Assembly: GCA_038321325.1 (NCBI GenBank) | Contig: JBBQEV010000002.1 | Coordinates: forward strand, 26,127-90,126 | Source: Solirubrobacterales bacterium | GTDB taxonomy: Bacteria; Actinomycetota; Thermoleophilia; Solirubrobacterales; Solirubrobacteraceae | Length of the DNA: 64,000 nucleotides | Direction: 5' to 3' | In this document: piece after piece, positions 19,258 to 28,977 of the stretch | How positions within the stretch are numbered: position 1 is the stretch's first letter | Layout: every line of letters starts with the position of its first letter | Program-made: the position numbers and the translations under genes | The notes under the pieces: generated by a model | What the model was told of the DNA's origin: nothing | Databases searched by the model: none | What the model saw: the letters and a program-made list of their open reading frames with translations, nothing else

Positions 19258-20853
19258 GTGTCGTACGACTACGTCATCGTGGGAGCCGGTTCCGCCGGCT
19301 GCGTGCTGGCCAACCGCCTCAGCGAGGACCCGCAGACCACCGTGCTGCTGATCGAGGCCGGGCCGCCGGACACCGCGGACTTCATCCCCATCCCGGCGGC
19401 GATGGCGGCCCTCTTCCGCTCGGAGAACGACTGGGACTACACGACGGGCTACGAGCCCGGCGCGGACGGCCGGCGGATCTACCTGCCGCGCGGCAAGACG
19501 CTCGGCGGCTCCTCCTCGATCAACGCGATGATCTACATCCGCGGCAACCGCGCCGACTGGGACGAGTGGGCCGGGGAGGGCTGCCACGGCTGGACGTCGG
19601 AGGCGATGCTCCCGTACTTCAAGAAGGCCGAGGACAACGAGCGCGGGGCGGACGCGATCCACGGGGTCGGCGGGCCGCTCCGCGTCTCCGACGCGCGAGC
19701 GCGCTCGGTCACCGCCGAGGCGTTCGTCGAGGCCGCGCAGGCCGCCGGGCTCCCGGCCAACGCGGACTTCAACGGCGAGCAGCAGGATGGCGTCGGCTTC
19801 TACCAGGTGACCCAGAAGGACGGGAAGCGCCACTCGGCGGCGGCGGCCTACCTGCACCCGGTCGCCGACCGGCCGAACCTCACCGTCGAGACGCACCTGC
19901 ACGTGACCCGCGTGCGCTTCGAGGGGACGAGCGCGGTCGGGGTGCAGGCGCTGCGGCTCTCCGAGCGGCTCGAGTTCACGGCCACCCGCGAGGTGCTCGT
20001 CTGCGCGGGCACCTACAACTCGCCGCAGCTGCTGACGCTCTCCGGGCTCGGCCGCGCCGCCGAGCTCGCGCTCCTCGAGGTCCCGCAGGTCGCGGAATCG
20101 CCGGGGGTGGGCCTCAACCTCTCCGACCACCCGACGTCGGGGCTGACCTGCATCATCACCACCGAGGACTCGCTCAAGGACGCCCTGAACGACGCGAACC
20201 TCGCGGCGTGGATGGGCGGTCAGGGGCCGCTGACCTCCAACGTCGGGGAGTCCGGCGGCTTCCACCGCACGAGCGACGAGCTCCAGGCGCCGGACGTGCA
20301 GTTCCACATGGTCCCGGCGATGTTCGAGCAGGAGGGACTCGTGCCGCCGCCCGCGCACGGCTTCACGCTCTCGATCTGCGTGCTGCGCCCGCAGTCGCGC
20401 GGGCAGGTGGCCACGATCTCGCCGGCGGCGACGACCAAGCCGCTGATCATCCACAACTACTTAGACGCCGAGAGCGACGTGCGCTCGATCGTCAAGGGCG
20501 TGCAGAAGGCCATGGAGATCATCGCCTCCGAGCCCTTGGCGAGCTTCGTCGCCGCGGGGCATCTCGTCCCCGAGAGCAACGCGGACGCGGACGTCGAGGC
20601 GTTCGTGCGCCGGACGGTGCAGACGATCTACCACCCCGTCGGCACCTGCAAGATGGGCACCGATCCGATGGCCGTCGTCGACCCGGAGTGCCGCGTGCGC
20701 GGCGTCGACGGGCTGCGCGTGGTCGACGCCTCGGTCTTCCCCAGCGTGCCGCGCGGCAACACGAACGCGCCGACGATCGCGCTGGCCGAGCGCGCGGCCG
20801 ACCTCATCCGGGGGCGGACGACGGCCCCGCCCGAGGTGGCACTCGCCGGCTGA
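19258..20853 (+). CDS. GMC oxidoreductase (choline dehydrogenase-like)
   Basis: GAGSAG, RGKTLGGSSSIN, YHPVGTCKMG and GNTNAP. Confidence 0.92.
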   Translation: MSYDYVIVGAGSAGCVLANRLSEDPQTTVLLIEAGPPDTADFIPIPAAMAALFRSENDWDYTTGYEPGADGRRIYLPRGKTLGGSSSINAMIYIRGNRADWDEWAGEGCHGWTSEAMLPYFKKAEDNERGADAIHGVGGPLRVSDARARSVTAEAFVEAAQAAGLPANADFNGEQQDGVGFYQVTQKDGKRHSAAAAYLHPVADRPNLTVETHLHVTRVRFEGTSAVGVQALRLSERLEFTATREVLVCAGTYNSPQLLTLSGLGRAAELALLEVPQVAESPGVGLNLSDHPTSGLTCIITTEDSLKDALNDANLAAWMGGQGPLTSNVGESGGFHRTSDELQAPDVQFHMVPAMFEQEGLVPPPAHGFTLSICVLRPQSRGQVATISPAATTKPLIIHNYLDAESDVRSIVKGVQKAMEIIASEPLASFVAAGHLVPESNADADVEAFVRRTVQTIYHPVGTCKMGTDPMAVVDPECRVRGVDGLRVVDASVFPSVPRGNTNAPTIALAERAADLIRGRTTAPPEVALAG

Positions 20854-20904
20854 GGGGTCGCTTCGGTGCGTCGTGTGCGGTGGGTCACACGATCGACAGG
20901 GAGC

Positions 20905-20933
20905 TTGACTAAACTCCTTGAGGTGCATAACCT
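20905..20933 (+). promoter_or_regulatory. Sigma70-type promoter of the MFS-MarR operon
   Basis: TTGACT-N17-TAACCT, with an AGGT..ACCT inverted repeat over the -10 box. Confidence 0.55.
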
Positions 20934-20944
20934 TTCGGTACCTC

Positions 20945-22435
20945 ATGACCGGCTCCTCACTTTCCCCCGCCGTCCGCTCCCTCGGCCTCGTCGTCATCCT
21001 CGGCGCGATCATGTCGGTGCTCGACACGACGATCGTCAACGTCGCGCTCGACACGCTCTCCCGAGATCTCCACGCTCCGCTCCAAGACGTCCAGTGGGTC
21101 GCCACGGGCTACCTGCTCGCGCTCGCCGCGGTCATCCCGATCACTGGCTGGCTGGCCACCGCCTACGGCGCCCGCCGCGTGTACCTCTTCGCGCTCGTGG
21201 CCTTCACGGCCGGCTCCGCGCTGTGCGCCGCGGCGTGGAACGTCGAGTCGCTCGTCGCGTTCCGCGTACTGCAGGGCATCGGCGGCGGCATGACGCTGCC
21301 GATCGGTCAGATGATGCTCGCCCGCGCCGCCGGCCCGAAGAACATGGGCCGCGTGATGTCGCTGATCGGCGTCCCGATCGTCCTGGCCCCCGTCCTTGGC
21401 CCGGTGCTCGGCGGCTGGCTGCTCGACGCGTTCGGCTGGCAGTGGATCTTCCTCATCAACGTCCCGCTCGGCGTGCTCGCGGTGGCGCTCGGGCTCAAGC
21501 GCCTGCCGCACTCCGGGGCCGCGCGCGACGAGGCCGGCCCGCTCGACGTGAAGGGCCTCGGGATGCTCGCGACGGGCCTCCCGCTCTTCGTCTACGGCCT
21601 GGCCGAGTTCGGCCAGCAGGGGACGCTCGCGGCCACCCAGGTCTGGCTGCCGCTCGTGCTGGGCGTGGCGCTGATCGCGACCTTCGTGGGCCACGCGCTG
21701 CGGGTGGAGCGCCCGCTGCTCGACGTGCGCCTCTTCTCCAACCGCGCGTTCTCCGCCGCCGCGGTCACGACGTTCTGCCTCGGCGGCGCGCTGTTCGGCG
21801 CGATGCTGATCATGCCGCTCTACTACCAGGTGGTCCGGGGCGAGAGCGCGCTGACCACCGGCCTGCTGCTGGCGCCCCAGGGCATCGGCGCGGCCTTCGC
21901 GATGTTCCTCTCCGGCCGGTTCACCGACCGCGTCGGCGGCGGCCCGGTGGCCGTGGTCGGCATCACCATCACGGCGATCTCGACGATCCCGTTCGCGTTC
22001 ATCGGGGCGGGCGACTCCTACGTCCTGCTCTCCGCGTTCCTCGTGCTGCGCGGCTTCGGCATCGGCACGGCGATCATGCCGGCGATGTCCGCGGCCTACG
22101 CGGTGCTCACCCCGGCCGAGATCACGAACGCCACGCCGCAGCTCACCGTGCTCCAGCGGGTCGGCGGCTCGGTCGGCACCGCGATCCTGTCCGTCGTCCT
22201 GGCCAACAACCTCGACGGCGCGCGCGGGCCCGCAGCGGCGGCCGACGCGTTCGGCGCGACGTACTGGTGGGCGCTCGGCGTGACGCTCGTCGCGGCGGTG
22301 CCGGCGCTCGCGCTCGTCAAGGTGGAGCGCCGTGCGCGCCTGGCCTCGGCCGGGGATACTCCGGCCGAGCAGGCCGCGGACGAGCAGCGCCTCCACGACG
22401 AGGTCGCGGCCGAGCGGGTCGAGGTGGCCGTGTGA
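20945..22435 (+). CDS. DHA2 (EmrB/QacA) MFS transporter
   Basis: LDTTIVNVAL, FRVLQGIGGG and GPVLGG; many TM segments. Confidence 0.92.
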   Translation: MTGSSLSPAVRSLGLVVILGAIMSVLDTTIVNVALDTLSRDLHAPLQDVQWVATGYLLALAAVIPITGWLATAYGARRVYLFALVAFTAGSALCAAAWNVESLVAFRVLQGIGGGMTLPIGQMMLARAAGPKNMGRVMSLIGVPIVLAPVLGPVLGGWLLDAFGWQWIFLINVPLGVLAVALGLKRLPHSGAARDEAGPLDVKGLGMLATGLPLFVYGLAEFGQQGTLAATQVWLPLVLGVALIATFVGHALRVERPLLDVRLFSNRAFSAAAVTTFCLGGALFGAMLIMPLYYQVVRGESALTTGLLLAPQGIGAAFAMFLSGRFTDRVGGGPVAVVGITITAISTIPFAFIGAGDSYVLLSAFLVLRGFGIGTAIMPAMSAAYAVLTPAEITNATPQLTVLQRVGGSVGTAILSVVLANNLDGARGPAAAADAFGATYWWALGVTLVAAVPALALVKVERRARLASAGDTPAEQAADEQRLHDEVAAERVEVAV

Positions 22436-22899
22436 GCGAGGAGTCCCTCGACGCGCTGCGTGTCGCGTTCGTCCGGCTGCTCGGGGCCGAGCGCCGGCTG
22501 CGCGGCCGCGAGGGGCAGCGCGTGGAGGAGCTCTCCATCTCGCACTACCGGATGCTCACCTGCCTGCTCGACGCGGGGAGCCTGCCCGCGGGCCGTCTGG
22601 CGGCGGCGGCGGACCTCACGCCCGCCTCGACCACGCAGATGCTCGACGTGCTCGAGAAGCGCGGGTTCGTCGTGCGCGAGCGCCATTCCGCCGACCGCCG
22701 GATCGTGGTCGCCACGCTCACCGCGGAGGGCCGGCGGCTGACCGAGGAGCGCCGCGCGGAGTTCCGCGTGCTGTGGGCTGAGGTCCTCGGCGAGCTCGGC
22801 GAGGACGAGCTCGCCGCGGGGGTGCGGGTCCTGGAGCGGATGGCGCGCGTGATCGAGCTGTTGGCCGAGCGCAAGGCGCGCGAGCCGGGCCGCGCCTGA
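22432..22899 (+). CDS. MarR family regulator
   Basis: LEKRGFVVRERHSADRR...LTAEG; GTGA overlap with the MFS stop. Confidence 0.88.
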   Translation: MSEESLDALRVAFVRLLGAERRLRGREGQRVEELSISHYRMLTCLLDAGSLPAGRLAAAADLTPASTTQMLDVLEKRGFVVRERHSADRRIVVATLTAEGRRLTEERRAEFRVLWAEVLGELGEDELAAGVRVLERMARVIELLAERKAREPGRA

Positions 22900-22975
22900 C
22901 GGGGGCTTGGCAGCTGGTGACCCAGATCGTGGGTCGCTGGTGGCCAAGCCCCCGGGTCGGGGAGGATGCGCGGCG

Positions 22976-23977
22976 ATGCTCGACCGCGTCCGCGCCTTCA
23001 CCTACGCCCGTCAGCGCCTCGGCCGCGCCGCGCCGGACGCCGCGACCGCCCTGGACGACGTCCTCGCCGTCTACTCCTCGCATCCGAGCGCGCCGCTCGC
23101 ACTCCACGCGCGCAGCGCGGCGATGAGCGCCGAGGACTTCCGTGCCGCCGCGGCGGGGGCGCTCCGGGTCCCGGCGATGCGCGGCTCGATCCACCTCATG
23201 CCGGCGGCTGCGGCCGCGCGGGCCTTTCGCGCGCTCCCCGAGTCTGCGGCCGCCACCGCCGCCCGGCTGCGGGGCTTCGGGATCGAGGAGGAGCGCTACG
23301 CGGAGCTGCGCGCGCTCCTGCTCGACGCGGCGGCGGCGCCGCGGACGCAGAAGGAGCTCGCGACCGCGCTCGGGCTCGCCGCCGAGGAGGTCAAGGGTGC
23401 GACCGCGACGATGACGCGCGAGGGGTCGATGGTCAGAGTCGGCGCCCCCGGCCTGCGCTCCAACGCGCTGCGCTACGCCGCGCACGCGATCGGAGAGCAC
23501 GATCGCGACGCCGCGCTGGCCTGGCTGGCCGGTGAGTACCTGCGCACGCTCGGGCCCGCGCGGCGCGAGGACGTCGTCTGGTGGCTCGGCGTGCCGCGCG
23601 GCCGCGCCGACGCGGCGCTCGCGGCGCACGCGACCGTCGACCTCGGTGAGGGCCTGCTGCTCCGGACCGCCGACGAGCAGGCGTTCGCCGCGGCGCCGAG
23701 GCCGACGGGCGTCGACCTCCTCGGCAAGTGGGACCCGCTCACCATGGGCCACGCGCCCGACGGCCGCGATCGCAGCGGGATGGAGGCGCGCTGCTACGAC
23801 GTCCGCGGGGACGGGCTGCCGGTCGTGCTGGTCGACGGCGTGGCCGCCGGGACGTGGGGGCTGGCCGCGCGCGGCAAGCGCCTGGAGTTCTCCCCAGAGC
23901 TCTTCGAGGCGCCAGGCGCGCGGCTGCGCGCGGCGATCGAGCGGCGCGCGGAGGAGGTCGCGGCGCTGCTGGCCTGA
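22976..23977 (+). CDS. Winged-helix AlkZ/YcaQ-like (HTH_42) protein
   Basis: ALHAR, MRGSIHL, YLRTLGPA...WW.G and VLVDGVAAGTW. Confidence 0.7.
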   Translation: MLDRVRAFTYARQRLGRAAPDAATALDDVLAVYSSHPSAPLALHARSAAMSAEDFRAAAAGALRVPAMRGSIHLMPAAAAARAFRALPESAAATAARLRGFGIEEERYAELRALLLDAAAAPRTQKELATALGLAAEEVKGATATMTREGSMVRVGAPGLRSNALRYAAHAIGEHDRDAALAWLAGEYLRTLGPARREDVVWWLGVPRGRADAALAAHATVDLGEGLLLRTADEQAFAAAPRPTGVDLLGKWDPLTMGHAPDGRDRSGMEARCYDVRGDGLPVVLVDGVAAGTWGLAARGKRLEFSPELFEAPGARLRAAIERRAEEVAALLA

Positions 23978-23997
23978 GCTCTCGTGGGGCGAGCCGT

Positions 23998-24819
23998 CTA
24001 GTCCGGGATGACGGTGCCGGCGAGATCGTCCGGAGCCGGCGGGTACCGCGGGTCCATCCGCGCGAGCGTCCGCGTCAGGACGGTGAGGACCGCCCAGTCG
24101 CGGTACCACTTGCGGTCGGCCGGGATCACGTACCAGGGGGCGCGCGCGGTGCTCGTCGCGGCCAGCGCGTCGCGGAACGCCCGCTGGTACTGCGGCCAGA
24201 GCTGGCGCTCCTCCAGGTCGTGGACGTCGAACTTCCAGTGCTTGGCGGGATCGTCGAGGCGCGACTGCAGGCGCTCGCGCTGCGCCTCCTTGGAGATGTG
24301 GAGGTAGAGCTTGACGACCCGGGTGCCGGCGTCGGCGAGGTTCTCCTCGAAGGCCCGGATGTGCCCGTAGCGCGCCTTGACGACCTTCGCCTCGACGAGC
24401 CGGTGCACCCTGGCGACGAGCACGTCCTCGTAGTGGGAGCGGTTGAACACGGCGATGTGGCCGGCCTCGGGCGTGGCCCGGTGGATCCGCCAGAGGAAGT
24501 CGCGGGTGAGCTCATGGGTCGTCGGCTGCTTGAACGACGTGAACTGCACGCCGGACGGGTTGACGCCGGAGAAGACGTTGCGGACCGTTCCGTCCTTGCC
24601 CCCCGTGTCCATCGCCTGCAGGACGACGAGAAGGCTCTGCTCGTGCTCGGCGTAGAGCCGGGTCTGCTGGTCGACCAGGATCTCGCGCAGCTTCGCGGTC
24701 GCCGCGCGCGTCGCCTCCTTGTCGCCCGGGGCGCCGCCGGTCGAGCGCGGGTCGACGCGTGCGAGCGAGAGCCGGGCGCCTTCGGCGACGCGCCAGCGGG
24801 CGAGGGAGTCGGAAGGCAT
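23998..24819 (-). CDS. ppk2: Polyphosphate kinase 2 family protein
   Basis: QAMDTGGKDG, FNRSHYEDV and PWYVIPADRKW. Confidence 0.92.
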   Translation of the reverse strand: MPSDSLARWRVAEGARLSLARVDPRSTGGAPGDKEATRAATAKLREILVDQQTRLYAEHEQSLLVVLQAMDTGGKDGTVRNVFSGVNPSGVQFTSFKQPTTHELTRDFLWRIHRATPEAGHIAVFNRSHYEDVLVARVHRLVEAKVVKARYGHIRAFEENLADAGTRVVKLYLHISKEAQRERLQSRLDDPAKHWKFDVHDLEERQLWPQYQRAFRDALAATSTARAPWYVIPADRKWYRDWAVLTVLTRTLARMDPRYPPAPDDLAGTVIPD

Positions 24820-24862
24820 CCTCCCTCCGTACCCGCGGGGCCGATCGGTAGCCTCCGGCCGC

Positions 24863-25747
24863 GTGACCGCCGTCGCCGACCTGCCCCTCGTCCACCGCGG
24901 GAAGGTCCGCGAGCTCTACGACCTGGGCGACGCCCTGCTCATGGTCGCCTCGGACCGCATCTCGACCTACGACGTGACCCACCCGACGCCGATCGCCGGC
25001 AAGGGCGCGGTCCTCACCGGGATCTCCGCGTTCTGGTTCGAGCGGCTCGCGGACATCGTCGCCCACCACGCGCTCAGCTACACCGATCGGGTCCCCGCCG
25101 AGGTGCGCGGCCGCGCGGTCGTGGTGCGCAAGCTCGAGATGCTGCCGGTCGAGTGCGTCGTGCGCGGCTACATCACGGGCTCGGGGTGGAAGGACTACCA
25201 GGCCTCCGGAAGCGTCTCCGGGATCGCGCTCCCCGCGGGCCTGCAGGAGTCCGAGCGGCTCCCGGAGCCGATCTTCACGCCGTCGACGAAGGCCACCGAG
25301 GGCCACGACGAGGCGATCGACTTCGAGGGTGCCGTGGCCGCCGTCGGCGACCGGGCGCTGATGGAGCGCGCGCGGGAGGTGTCCCTCGCGCTCTACGCCG
25401 CCGCGGCGGAGCACGCCGCCGGGCAGGGCGTGCTCCTGGCCGACACGAAGTTCGAGCTCGGCCTGGACGCCGAGGGCGAGCTCGTCCTCGGCGACGAGGC
25501 GCTCACACCGGACTCCTCGCGCTACTGGCCGGCGGAGGGCTACGCGGTCGGCCGCAGCCAGCCGAGCTTCGACAAGCAGTACGTCCGCGACTGGGCCGCG
25601 GGCTCGGGCTGGGACAAGACGCCGCCCGCCCCCGCCCTGCCCGACGACGTCGTGGCCGGCACCCGCGAGCGGTACGTGGAGGCCTACATGAAGATCACGG
25701 GCGAGCCCTTCGCCGCCTGGCTCGAGCGGACCGGAGCGCCGGTGTGA
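24863..25747 (+). CDS. purC: SAICAR synthetase
   Basis: GKVRELY, ECVVRGY, DTKFE and SFDKQYVR. Confidence 0.96.
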   Translation: MTAVADLPLVHRGKVRELYDLGDALLMVASDRISTYDVTHPTPIAGKGAVLTGISAFWFERLADIVAHHALSYTDRVPAEVRGRAVVVRKLEMLPVECVVRGYITGSGWKDYQASGSVSGIALPAGLQESERLPEPIFTPSTKATEGHDEAIDFEGAVAAVGDRALMERAREVSLALYAAAAEHAAGQGVLLADTKFELGLDAEGELVLGDEALTPDSSRYWPAEGYAVGRSQPSFDKQYVRDWAAGSGWDKTPPAPALPDDVVAGTRERYVEAYMKITGEPFAAWLERTGAPV

Positions 25748-25962
25748 AGGCGCGCGTGCTCATCCGGCCGAAGGCCGGCATCCTCGACCCTCAGGGCGTC
25801 GCGGTCGAGCGGGCGCTTCCCGCGCTCGGCTTCACCGGGGTCACACGGGTGCACGTCGGCCGGCTGATCGAGCTCGAGGTCGAGGACGCCTCCCAGCTCG
25901 ACGCGATGTGCCGCACGCTCCTGGCCAACCCGCTCATCGAGGACTACGAGATCCTCGTATGA
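25744..25962 (+). CDS. purS: FGAM synthase subunit PurS
   Basis: ILDPQG...LLANPLIEDY. Confidence 0.92.
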   Translation: MKARVLIRPKAGILDPQGVAVERALPALGFTGVTRVHVGRLIELEVEDASQLDAMCRTLLANPLIEDYEILV

Positions 25963-26636
25963 GGTTCGGCGTCGTCCAGTTCCCCGGCACGTGCGACGAC
26001 CACGACGCGGTCCTCGCGTGCGAGCGCGTCGCGGGCGCCGAGGCGGTGCTGCTGTGGCACGGTGACCGGTCGCTGGAGGGCATCGACGCCGTCGTCGTCC
26101 CGGGCGGCTTCTCCTACGGGGACTACCTGCGGGTCGGGGCGATCGCGCGCTTCAGCCCGATGATGGAGTCCGTGACCGCCTTCGCCTCAGACGGCGGGAG
26201 CGTGCTCGGGATCTGCAACGGCTTCCAGGTGCTCTGCGAGGCGGGCCTGCTCCCGGGCGCGCTGCTGGCCAACCTCGGCCTCCGCTTCGTCTGCCGGCAG
26301 GTGGCCCTCGAGGTGGTCAACGCCGAGACGCCGTTCACGCGCGCGTGTGAGCGGGGCCAGCTCCTCTCGATCCCGGTGAAGCACACGACCGGGCGCTACT
26401 ACGCGCCGCACGTAGAACTCGAGCGCATGGAGGCACACGGGCAGATCGTCCTGCGTTACGCCCACGATGGCAACCCCAACGGGTCGTCGAACGACATCGC
26501 GGGGGTGATCAACGAGGCCGGCAACGTGATGGGCCTCATGCCGCACCCCGAACACGCCGTCGATCCGATCGCCGGCTCGGTCGACGGGCTGGCGATCTTC
26601 GCCTCGATGGCGCTGGGGGCCGTGGCCCGTGTCTGA
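25959..26636 (+). CDS. purQ: FGAM synthase glutaminase subunit
   Basis: PGGFSYGDYLR, GICNGFQ and MPHPE. Confidence 0.95.
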   Translation: MRFGVVQFPGTCDDHDAVLACERVAGAEAVLLWHGDRSLEGIDAVVVPGGFSYGDYLRVGAIARFSPMMESVTAFASDGGSVLGICNGFQVLCEAGLLPGALLANLGLRFVCRQVALEVVNAETPFTRACERGQLLSIPVKHTTGRYYAPHVELERMEAHGQIVLRYAHDGNPNGSSNDIAGVINEAGNVMGLMPHPEHAVDPIAGSVDGLAIFASMALGAVARV

Positions 26637-28833
26637 GGCCACGCTGCCGACCGTCGATGAGGCCGTCGCGCTCGGCCTCACCCGCGAGGAGCATGCGCTC
26701 GTCGCCGAGAAGCTCGGGCGCCCGCCGAATCAGGTGGAGCTCGCCATGTTCTCGCTCATGTGGAGCGAGCACTGCTCCTACAAGCACTCCAAGAAGCTCC
26801 TGCGCACGCTGCCGACCGAGGGCCCCGCGGTCTTCATGGGGCCCGGGGAGAACGCGGGGGCCGTCCGCGTCTCGGGCGGCCTCGTCTGTGCGTTCAAGGT
26901 CGAGTCGCACAACCACCCCTCCGCCGTCGAGCCGTTCCAGGGCGCGGCGACCGGCGTCGGCGGCATCCTGCGCGACATCTTCGCGCTCGGCGCGCGGCCG
27001 GTCGCGATCCTCGACTCGCTGCGCTTCGGCGAGCCCACGTCGGAGCGCACGCGGTACCTGCTCGACCGCGCCGTCGCCGGCATCGGGCACTACGGCAACT
27101 CGATCGGGGTGCCGACGATCGGCGGCGAGCTCGCCTTCGAGGCGCCCTACGAGACGAACTGCCTGGTCAACGCGATGGCCCTCGGCCTCGCGTCCGAGGC
27201 GCAGATGATCAAGTCCGCGGCGGTCGGGCTCGGCAACGCGCTCGTGCTCTTCGGCGCCTCCACCGGGCGCGACGGGATCGGCGGAGCCTCGGTCCTGGCC
27301 AGCGCCGAGTTCGGGGCCGACGACGCCGACAAGCGGCCGTCGGTCCAGGTCGGCGACCCGTTCGCGGAGAAGAAGCTCCTGGAGTGCTCGCTCGAGCTGC
27401 TCTCCCGCGGGCTGCTCCTGTCGCTCCAGGACCTCGGCGCGGCGGGCCTCTCCTCGGCGGCCTCGGAGATGGCGTCCAAGGGCGAGGTGGGCCTCGAGAT
27501 CGACGTGGCGCGGGTCCCGCTGCGCGAGGCCGACATGGAGCCGTTCGAGATCATGGTCTCCGAGTCCCAGGAGCGGATGCTCTGCGTGTGCGCTCCCGGC
27601 CGGGTGGCCGAGGTCGTCGCGGTCTGCGAGAAGTGGGAGGTCGACGGCACCGCGATCGGGTCGGTCATCGCCGAGCGAGTCATGCGGGTCGCGCAGGCGG
27701 GTGCCGTCGTGGGCGAGATGCCGGTCGAGGCGCTCGTCGACGACTGCCCGCTCTACGACCTCGCGCCCGCGAAGCCCGCCGGGCCGATGTACCTCGCGCC
27801 GGCCGCGGTCCTGGCGCGCGATGCCTCGCTGCACGACACCCTGCTCGCGCTGCTGGGCTCCCCGAACCTCGCGTCGCGGCTCCCGCTCTTTGAGCAGTAC
27901 GACTGGCTCGTGCAGTCGCGCACCGTCCGCCGTCCGGGTGAGGCCGACGCCGCGGTGCTCCTGCTCCCCGACGGGAGCGCGCTCGCCGCGTCGATCGACG
28001 GCAACGGCCGGCGCGTCGCCTGCGACCCGTACGTCGGGACGGTCGAGGCCGCGCTCGAGTGCGCGGCGAACCTCGCCTGCGTGGGGGCCACGCCGCTCGG
28101 CACGACGAACAACCTGAACTTCGGCAACCCGGAGCGGCCCGAGGTCGCCTGGCAGCTCACGGAGTCCGTCCGCGGGCTCGGCGACGCGTGCCGCGCGCTC
28201 GAGGCGCCGATCGTCGGCGGCAACGTCTCGCTCTACAACGAGACCCGCCCGCCCGCCGACGGCCAGCCGGGGGCGGTCGGGGGTCCCATCTACCCGACGC
28301 CCGTCGTCGGGATGGTCGGCGAGCTGCCGAGGGCGGAGGCGGCGGGCCGGCTCGGCTTCGTGCGCGCCGGTGACGCGATCGCCCTCGCGGGCTGGGACGG
28401 CACGCCGTCACTGGCCGGCTCAGAGCTCGCGAAGCTCCGGGGCGAGGCGCTGCCCGACGGCCTGCCGGGTTATGACCTCGCCCACGAGGTCCGGGTGCTC
28501 GCGGTCGTCCGCGAGGCGGTCCGCGCCGGCGCGGTCGCCTCCGCCCACGACATCGCGGAGGGCGGCCTGCTCGTCGCGGTCGCCGAGTGCTGCCTGGCCG
28601 GCGGCCTGGGCGCGGAGCTGCACGCGATCGAGGGCGACGTCTCGCGCCTGTTCGGGGAGCGGCGGGGCGGCTTCGTGCTCAGCGGGCCGCGCGAGGCGCT
28701 CGAAGCGCTCGACCTGCCGGTCGACGTCCTCGGGACCGTCGGCGGCGACGCGCTGCGCCTGGGCGAGGCCGTGTCGTGGACGCTCGATGAGCTCCGCGCC
28801 GCGAACGCCGCGCTGGCGTCCCTGTTCCCGTAG
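26629..28833 (+). CDS. purL: FGAM synthase subunit PurL
   Basis: WSEHCSYK, ESHNHPS, SESQERM and GGNVSLYN. Confidence 0.96.
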   Translation: MSEATLPTVDEAVALGLTREEHALVAEKLGRPPNQVELAMFSLMWSEHCSYKHSKKLLRTLPTEGPAVFMGPGENAGAVRVSGGLVCAFKVESHNHPSAVEPFQGAATGVGGILRDIFALGARPVAILDSLRFGEPTSERTRYLLDRAVAGIGHYGNSIGVPTIGGELAFEAPYETNCLVNAMALGLASEAQMIKSAAVGLGNALVLFGASTGRDGIGGASVLASAEFGADDADKRPSVQVGDPFAEKKLLECSLELLSRGLLLSLQDLGAAGLSSAASEMASKGEVGLEIDVARVPLREADMEPFEIMVSESQERMLCVCAPGRVAEVVAVCEKWEVDGTAIGSVIAERVMRVAQAGAVVGEMPVEALVDDCPLYDLAPAKPAGPMYLAPAAVLARDASLHDTLLALLGSPNLASRLPLFEQYDWLVQSRTVRRPGEADAAVLLLPDGSALAASIDGNGRRVACDPYVGTVEAALECAANLACVGATPLGTTNNLNFGNPERPEVAWQLTESVRGLGDACRALEAPIVGGNVSLYNETRPPADGQPGAVGGPIYPTPVVGMVGELPRAEAAGRLGFVRAGDAIALAGWDGTPSLAGSELAKLRGEALPDGLPGYDLAHEVRVLAVVREAVRAGAVASAHDIAEGGLLVAVAECCLAGGLGAELHAIEGDVSRLFGERRGGFVLSGPREALEALDLPVDVLGTVGGDALRLGEAVSWTLDELRAANAALASLFP

Positions 28834-28869
28834 TCGACGCTCGCCGTCAGTCCCCGAGCGCCGCCCAGA
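28807..28869 (+). repeat. Direct repeat, copy 1 (purL 3' end plus alkA 3' end)
   Basis: 24-bp and 33-bp blocks identical to 30394-30452. Confidence 0.9.
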
Positions 28870-28918
28870 CGCTGATCTGCTCGATCCCCGACTGGCCCCA
28901 ACCCCAGTCTTCGGGCTA

Positions 28919-28968
28919 CCAAACTTCGCTAGAGCAAAGTTTGACCGATCAAAGTTTGGTGGTACCGT
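28919..28968 (+). promoter_or_regulatory. Promoter/operator of the ATPase gene
   Basis: TTGACC-N16-TACCGT; CAAAGTTTG at 28935 and 28950, plus an inverted variant CCAAACTTCG at 28919. Confidence 0.55.
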
Positions 28969-28977
28969 CCTCGGGTC

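Noticed and set aside
15268-20454. 1728-aa minus-strand ORF and many other long antisense or alternate-frame ORFs
   Set aside because: They are shadows of well-supported genes in high-GC DNA: Arg/Gly/Ala-rich and without motifs.
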